Positions 55,474-60,167 of a DNA stretch of 60,167 bases are shown here, piece after piece. Origin of the DNA: a virus (taxonomy: Duplodnaviria; Caudoviricetes). The position numbers were made by a program, and so were the translations under genes. Positions within the stretch are counted from its first letter, which is position 1; each line of letters opens with the position of its first letter. The stretch is from the IMG/VR virus record IMGVR_UViG_3300017989_000015, positions 1 to 60,167 of that record; one strand, 5' to 3'. The notes under the pieces are model-generated. The model did no database searches. It was not told where the DNA came from and saw nothing but the letters and a program-made list of their open reading frames with translations.

Positions 55474-56739
55474 CTACCTAGTGCCGCCGCCCAGATGCTT
55501 CCGGTTGGCCGCTAGAATCCGCTCCGTCACTTGAGCCTCTGTTACAGGCTCGGTTACAACTGACCCGCCCCCACCATTGTCTCTCGCTGCTGGAATGAGG
55601 GCAGCCAAGTCTTCCTTCATCTGCCCAATCGCTTCCCTCAGCTCCGTCTCGTTCTCATAGTTCGCCTTGAGCAGCGTCCGCTTGATGGCCGGTGGAAGGT
55701 GCTGCTCTTCGATGATCGGCGCCCCGTCAAATGGCTCCTCTATTGGTTCTTCCACAGGTTCTACCATAGGTTCCGCCGATTCATTGACCTCGGACACTTC
55801 GACCGCATGGCCACCTGCCCCAGCCCAGGTGACCCAATCGACACTGCCTACCTCATCAATCGACTGAACAATCTCATACTCCTCACCCTCAATCTCGCCA
55901 GTCGATACCGACCCGACTGCATGAAGCGAACACTGGAGCATATTCATAATGCTGGCGTCCTTCATGTTCCGGACCTTCTCACAGAAGTCGGGATCATAGG
56001 CTACGACATTGGCAATCAGTCCGTGAGCCGGATCATAGCCCTCAATCGATTGGATGACGGATGCCTCAGAGCGAACGCCCTTCTCTTCCTGGACATGCTC
56101 TGTCATATACATCTTGGCACCCACAAATCGGTCAGCCGACGCCTCGATGGTCTCTTGAGGATACCAATGTCGGTCTCTCTTATTCCCCGCACCTGCTCGA
56201 ATGAGCGCCGTGCGAATGTTGAGCGGCCCACGCCGATTTCCCTCTGTCACAGACTGCGCTTCCAGGATAGCCCCGGTATTGGCATGCTCCTCGATAGTAG
56301 CTGGTCGCGCCTCTTGCAGTACAACCTTGCGCGTCTCTGCTACCTCGGCCTCTTCTACTTCTTCCAATTCCGCCTCATCCACTTTCGCCTCATTGATCTC
56401 CATAGGCTCTTCGTCCATCTTTGCCTCCTCTACAGGAACATTGCCGATCATTGTGGCCAGCTCTTGGGCGGCGTTGATAATGGCTGGACCCTTGGCAGGC
56501 ACCTCTTCCTCAGTCGCCCACAGGATGTTAGCCGCTACATCCATAAACAAATACGCCAATTCGTTGTACTGTTCTTGTAGCTCCGCGGCCTTCCTCGCAT
56601 CCAAGGCATCGCCCATCGAGGTCGCCCAGCCGATTCCATACTGCTCCTTGACTCGGGTAATGTTCTCCGCGAGTGAGGATACGGGAGCCCCTCGATCCTC
56701 TTCTTCTGTCCTCATAATCGTAATATCATTCGGCATCAA
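55474..56739 (-). CDS. Prohead protease / scaffold
   Basis: LIRAGAGN...YPQE, MYMTEH, CSLHA and SVDWVTWAGAGG; acidic scaffold regions. Confidence 0.75.
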   Translation of the reverse strand: MMPNDITIMRTEEEDRGAPVSSLAENITRVKEQYGIGWATSMGDALDARKAAELQEQYNELAYLFMDVAANILWATEEEVPAKGPAIINAAQELATMIGNVPVEEAKMDEEPMEINEAKVDEAELEEVEEAEVAETRKVVLQEARPATIEEHANTGAILEAQSVTEGNRRGPLNIRTALIRAGAGNKRDRHWYPQETIEASADRFVGAKMYMTEHVQEEKGVRSEASVIQSIEGYDPAHGLIANVVAYDPDFCEKVRNMKDASIMNMLQCSLHAVGSVSTGEIEGEEYEIVQSIDEVGSVDWVTWAGAGGHAVEVSEVNESAEPMVEPVEEPIEEPFDGAPIIEEQHLPPAIKRTLLKANYENETELREAIGQMKEDLAALIPAARDNGGGGSVVTEPVTEAQVTERILAANRKHLGGGTR

Positions 56740-56746
56740 TCCCCCC

Positions 56747-56932
56747 TTAGTTGCGAGACGGGAGAGTCTGTCGCAGGGTCGCCCGCTTCGCGCTGCCCAC
56801 TACGTCTTCCAAATCAACGTTGGAGGCGGCCTGAATCTTGGCAGGCGTGTCATATCCCGCATTTGTCAGGTCTTCAGCTACGTCTTGTGCTAGACCCTTC
56901 CGAACCAATTTGTCCACTTGTGCCTGGCTCAT
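56747..56932 (-). CDS. Small helix-hairpin-helix-like protein
   Basis: AEDLTNAGYDTPAKIQAAS...VVG. Confidence 0.5.
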   Translation of the reverse strand: MSQAQVDKLVRKGLAQDVAEDLTNAGYDTPAKIQAASNVDLEDVVGSAKRATLRQTLPSRN

Positions 56933-56944
56933 CTTATCTCCTCA

Positions 56945-57913
56945 TCACGTCGGGTTGGTCACGGCTAGGCCGTCCATGCAGTGGTTGTTGATCCAGGCGT
57001 CTGTCGCCCCAGCCGTGTTCAGGTCGTCCCAGTCTCCGTTAGCTGGCACTGGGAGCAAGCACGAAAACGAGCAGTTCTCTACCACGTTATCGTCTCCGCC
57101 TGTAAAGTTGAATCCCTCATTCGCCGCAGCCGCAGCGCCCTGGGCGTTGGCGTTCCAAACTTGACAATCCTTGACCAGATTCTCGTCACAGCCGCCTAGC
57201 GCGCTGATCGCGCCTGTGGCAACATCGCGGAAGATGCACCGCCTAATGATGCAGTAGGAAAAGCCGCTCCCTCCCGGATCTGAATAGATGCCATAATCCG
57301 TCTCTTGGAACTGACAATCCTCAATGAGATTATTCCAGCTATATTCTAGCTGAATCGCTTCGTCCAGAGAGCCGTCAAAGAAACAGTGGTGAATGCGTGC
57401 GTTCTCTCCAAAGGTGGCCGTTCCGTCCCACTCGCAATAGATACCTCTGGCCGCACCCCAGTCAGGGTCTTGGAAGCAGAAACCTCCAACCTCCACGCCG
57501 AGCGCAGTAATCGTCAAGCACGTGCCCCCATCAGTCGCCGGTTGCCAAGGGACGCCGAGCGGGTCTGGGCTAATCCCTAGAATCGTCACGCCTTCCACGG
57601 TCACGGTAACATCCTCAGTAATCGGCGTGTTCCAGGCGGAGCCTCCGCCGTACTGCCAGGCATCATTCGACCCTACGAGGATCGTGTCCCCTCGGTTGTT
57701 CACGCATTGCGCAAGCGCAGCCGCTATCGTGATGAACGGGCATTCTGAATCTTCGCCCGTATTGCCATTGTCCACCGCAAGCGTTGAGTTGGGCTGCACG
57801 TAGAACACACGCCCATCTGTGCCTGCAATCCTAGATCCTCTGCTCGTATTCGCCACGCCCCACACGCCCATCTGTGCGGCCATTGACCCTTGTGGATAGC
57901 TCAAATTAGGCAT
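56945..57913 (-). CDS. Right-handed beta-helix virion protein (paralog of 52537-53535)
   Basis: FYVQPNS...GNTGEDSECPFITIAAAL cap; IxxCxF rungs. Confidence 0.7.
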   Translation of the reverse strand: MPNLSYPQGSMAAQMGVWGVANTSRGSRIAGTDGRVFYVQPNSTLAVDNGNTGEDSECPFITIAAALAQCVNNRGDTILVGSNDAWQYGGGSAWNTPITEDVTVTVEGVTILGISPDPLGVPWQPATDGGTCLTITALGVEVGGFCFQDPDWGAARGIYCEWDGTATFGENARIHHCFFDGSLDEAIQLEYSWNNLIEDCQFQETDYGIYSDPGGSGFSYCIIRRCIFRDVATGAISALGGCDENLVKDCQVWNANAQGAAAAANEGFNFTGGDDNVVENCSFSCLLPVPANGDWDDLNTAGATDAWINNHCMDGLAVTNPT

Positions 57914-57935
57914 ATTTATCCTCCACGGTCTTGTA

Positions 57936-58031
57936 CTATTCCCCCAGCCTGAACCAGATCAGCGCCAGCGCCAAGAGCATCGCCAAGATCAATCCGCCGT
58001 TTCCCATCCAGAACCTGTCAAACTTGCTCAT
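57936..58031 (-). CDS. 31-aa single-TM peptide (not in the ORF track)
   Basis: MSKFDRFWMGNGGLILAMLLALALIWFRLGE; ATGA overlap. Confidence 0.4.
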   Translation of the reverse strand: MSKFDRFWMGNGGLILAMLLALALIWFRLGE

Positions 58032-58660
58032 AGTTTAGTCCATCCATAGACGCCCGGCTCCCAGCTATTCGCCCCAGAAGCATCGCCAGCGGTGCACTCC
58101 CACGTCGAGCCGTTATGCGTTACCCTGTCGCCTATGTGGTACACATCATGCGCCCCAGTCGGCTGCACCCAAGGCTGCGGCTCTTCGCTTGTCTGTACCA
58201 CCTTCCACAATGCAGGGGCCGCCGAAGGGACAAATGCCGCGTCGGTCACGTGCGCCTGAACGCATTCGTACATTTTGCCATCGTAGATGCGCCGCATACC
58301 AACCGCCACCTTCTCCGCTGGTATCCACTCCAGGTTATCCGCGTCCTCTCGATACGTCACAAACAGGTTCAGCGTCTCATCAGGTGGATAGATCGTGCGC
58401 CAGTGTGATTGCCTCACCATTACCGCCGTGTCGTTCCAGGCGTAGACCGCGCCCGCCTCTAGCCAACCTGTGCTCGGTAGCTCTGGCAGTTCGGCCACGT
58501 GCTCGGCCAAAGCCCCGACGTAGGCGTTCTCGTCCTCCGCCGTTACGACGGTCAATCCCGTCGCCAAATAGTCGCCACTTCGCAGGACGCCCGACGTTAC
58601 GATCTCGCCGTCAGCAAATATCGCGTATCGCTTACCGCGCTCATCTGTTGTTATCCTCAT
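58028..58660 (-). CDS. Carbohydrate-binding (CBM5/12-like) protein
   Basis: YDGKMYECVQAH...PALW; WVQPTGAHDVYHIGDRVTHNGSTW...WEPGVYGW. Confidence 0.75.
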   Translation of the reverse strand: MRITTDERGKRYAIFADGEIVTSGVLRSGDYLATGLTVVTAEDENAYVGALAEHVAELPELPSTGWLEAGAVYAWNDTAVMVRQSHWRTIYPPDETLNLFVTYREDADNLEWIPAEKVAVGMRRIYDGKMYECVQAHVTDAAFVPSAAPALWKVVQTSEEPQPWVQPTGAHDVYHIGDRVTHNGSTWECTAGDASGANSWEPGVYGWTKL

Positions 58661-59787
58661 GGAGCACTCCCGCCGTTCCAAACGACGCTGGCAAATTCCG
58701 GCCCTGCTGGTGTGCAGTTGCCATTGACCAGATCATAGACCTCTTCTAGCGCCGTCGTTGGCGGGCATACCGCCTGATAGGTGCCACCTGGCGTAGCGTT
58801 GCCCGCGCCACCAAGATCTAACTCTGGCGTCGCGTCCGTCATGGTGGCTTTTAGCGCGAGGAATCCAGCGATGATGTTCTCAGCGCTGGCCTGGGTCATA
58901 TTGCAATCGTTGGCCGTAAACTCCTCTATCCCTGTCCAAACGATGTCTGCCGAATTAGCGCAAGCGACAGTTATCAGCGGGCAATCGGATAGGGAAAACC
59001 AGGACGACAGTCCCCAGCCGACCATGTCGGCACTGTCCAATTGCCCCGTTACACTCGGGCAATTGTATAGGAGAAACCGGTACGACAGGCCCCAGCCGAC
59101 CATGTCGGCACTGTCCAATTGCCCCGTTACACTCGGGCAATTGTATAGGTAAAACCAGTGCGACAGGCCCCAGCCGGTCATGTCTGCCGAATCCAATTGG
59201 CCAGTCATCAACGGGCAATTGTAAAGGGAAAACCGGTACGACAGTCCCCAGCCGGTCATGTCTGCCGAATCCAATTGGCCAGTCATCAACGAGCAGTTGT
59301 ATAGGGAAAACCGGTACGACAGGCCCCAGCTGGTCATGTCGGCACTGTCCAATTGCCCCGTTACACTCGGGCAATTGTATAGGAAAAACTGATACGACAG
59401 TCCCCAGCCGACCATATCTGCCGAATGGACCGTCTGTGCTTTGGACAATCCGTTCAGATAGAATGTTTCCATGCTGCGGCATCCGCGCAGGTCGCGGGTA
59501 TTCAGTCCGCCGAGCTTGTCATCGCGCAGGTCTAGCGTCGTGATGGCGCTGGCCTTGTACACGACGATGGCGTATTCTCCCGTCGCCGCGTAGACGTGCG
59601 ATAACGCGGCTACATGGCCCGCCGCGACCTGCTCCCGGCTCCCGTCCCCCCAGTCGATGGCGGTTGGAACGGAATGCGTGATTTGTTGCAGCGTTACGGT
59701 TTGTCCTGCGCCCGTCGTTGTGGCGGTTAGGTGCAGGACGGCATTGTCAGGCGCTCGGATTTGGCTCAATGGCAATGCGCCTATCAT
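58657..59787 (-). CDS. PKD-like plus LRR-like repeat protein (adhesin / receptor-binding candidate)
   Basis: IDWGDG...HVYA PKD motif; six 26-aa repeats LYNCPxxTGQLDSADMxGWGLS. Confidence 0.7.
   Translation of the reverse strand: MIGALPLSQIRAPDNAVLHLTATTTGAGQTVTLQQITHSVPTAIDWGDGSREQVAAGHVAALSHVYAATGEYAIVVYKASAITTLDLRDDKLGGLNTRDLRGCRSMETFYLNGLSKAQTVHSADMVGWGLSYQFFLYNCPSVTGQLDSADMTSWGLSYRFSLYNCSLMTGQLDSADMTGWGLSYRFSLYNCPLMTGQLDSADMTGWGLSHWFYLYNCPSVTGQLDSADMVGWGLSYRFLLYNCPSVTGQLDSADMVGWGLSSWFSLSDCPLITVACANSADIVWTGIEEFTANDCNMTQASAENIIAGFLALKATMTDATPELDLGGAGNATPGGTYQAVCPPTTALEEVYDLVNGNCTPAGPEFASVVWNGGSAP
58978..59428. repeat. 78-bp coding tandem repeat, about 5.8 copies
   Basis: Units begin at 58978, 59056, 59134, 59212, 59290 and 59368. 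Confidence 0.92.
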
Positions 59788-60044
59788 GCGGCACGCTCCA
59801 TAACGGTTACGCGCACCGTCATGTCGTCAGCAGCCGCCGCAATTGCCGCCGAGTCATAGACACGAATTTTGTAACCAGCAGGCAGAATCAGCGGCAGCAA
59901 TGGCGTGGTCAGGTGTAAGGACAAGACCGCTGGCTGATCAGACAAGCCAACGCCGAATGTATAGGTATATGTAAGACTTGCCGCTTGGGTCACACCCGCT
60001 CGCATCCTCGCGAGCAGATTGTCCGAGGCATCAGTTACATCCAC
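59784..60044 (-). CDS. 3' part of the origin-spanning virion protein
   Basis: In frame with 1..291 across the terminal repeat. Confidence 0.75.
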   Translation of the reverse strand: MDVTDASDNLLARMRAGVTQAASLTYTYTFGVGLSDQPAVLSLHLTTPLLPLILPAGYKIRVYDSAAIAAAADDMTVRVTVMERAA

Positions 60045-60167
60045 CGTCATCTGACGATCTCCGACAGCCGCCGTCGTCGCCAATGACACCTGTATCGACA
60101 ATAATTGCCAAACCTTGGAAGCCGTTACAGCGATCGTTTTGTCGCTGTCGTCTGCCGTTACATCTGC
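60045..60167. repeat. Direct terminal repeat, identical to 1-123
   Basis: Exact copy of the window start. Confidence 0.95.

Noticed and set aside
54178-56893. Long plus-strand ORFs (54178-55116, 55699-56580, also 25922-26791 and 22312-23067)
   Set aside because: They are antisense shadows of well-supported minus-strand genes and lack recognisable motifs.
58978-59428. 78-bp repeats as a CRISPR array or DGR TR/VR pair
   Set aside because: The whole unit repeats in frame with no unique spacers, and no reverse transcriptase gene was recognised.

Overview
This window is an apparently complete, circularly assembled tailed-phage (siphovirus-like) genome of about 60,044 bp. The last 123 nt repeat the first 123 nt, and one ORF reads through the join. 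Essentially all credible genes lie on the minus strand. Modules: packaging and head (terS, terL, portal, minor head, protease/scaffold, decoration, major capsid); tail (neck, tail tube with beta-propeller, chaperones, tape measure, Dit-like, tail tip); holin-like genes; replication (primase, lambda-O-like initiator with internal iterons, DnaB-like helicase); and many small early genes behind four near-identical consensus sigma70 promoters. No integrase, CI-like repressor or tRNA was recognised. The host is inferred only weakly as Chloroflexota-like. The top candidate for a new system is a translationally coupled, array-less type IV-B-like Cas operon (HTH, csf1, csf2, DNA methyltransferase, csf3, HTH; 21072-25323). 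In it the usual cysH is missing, an amino-methyltransferase sits between csf2 and csf3, and Csf2 (Cas7) carries a ~180-aa insertion that looks like a fused Cas11. Also notable: a 7-deazaguanine DNA-modification cluster (ParB-like, dpdA, class I methyltransferase, atypical QueF-like, yhhQ); paired attenuator-like leader RNAs before both replication genes; a lone plus-strand small-RNA unit; a candidate +1 tail-chaperone frameshift; and a glycoside hydrolase-clostripain lipoprotein. All protein calls come from motif recognition by eye, with no database searches.
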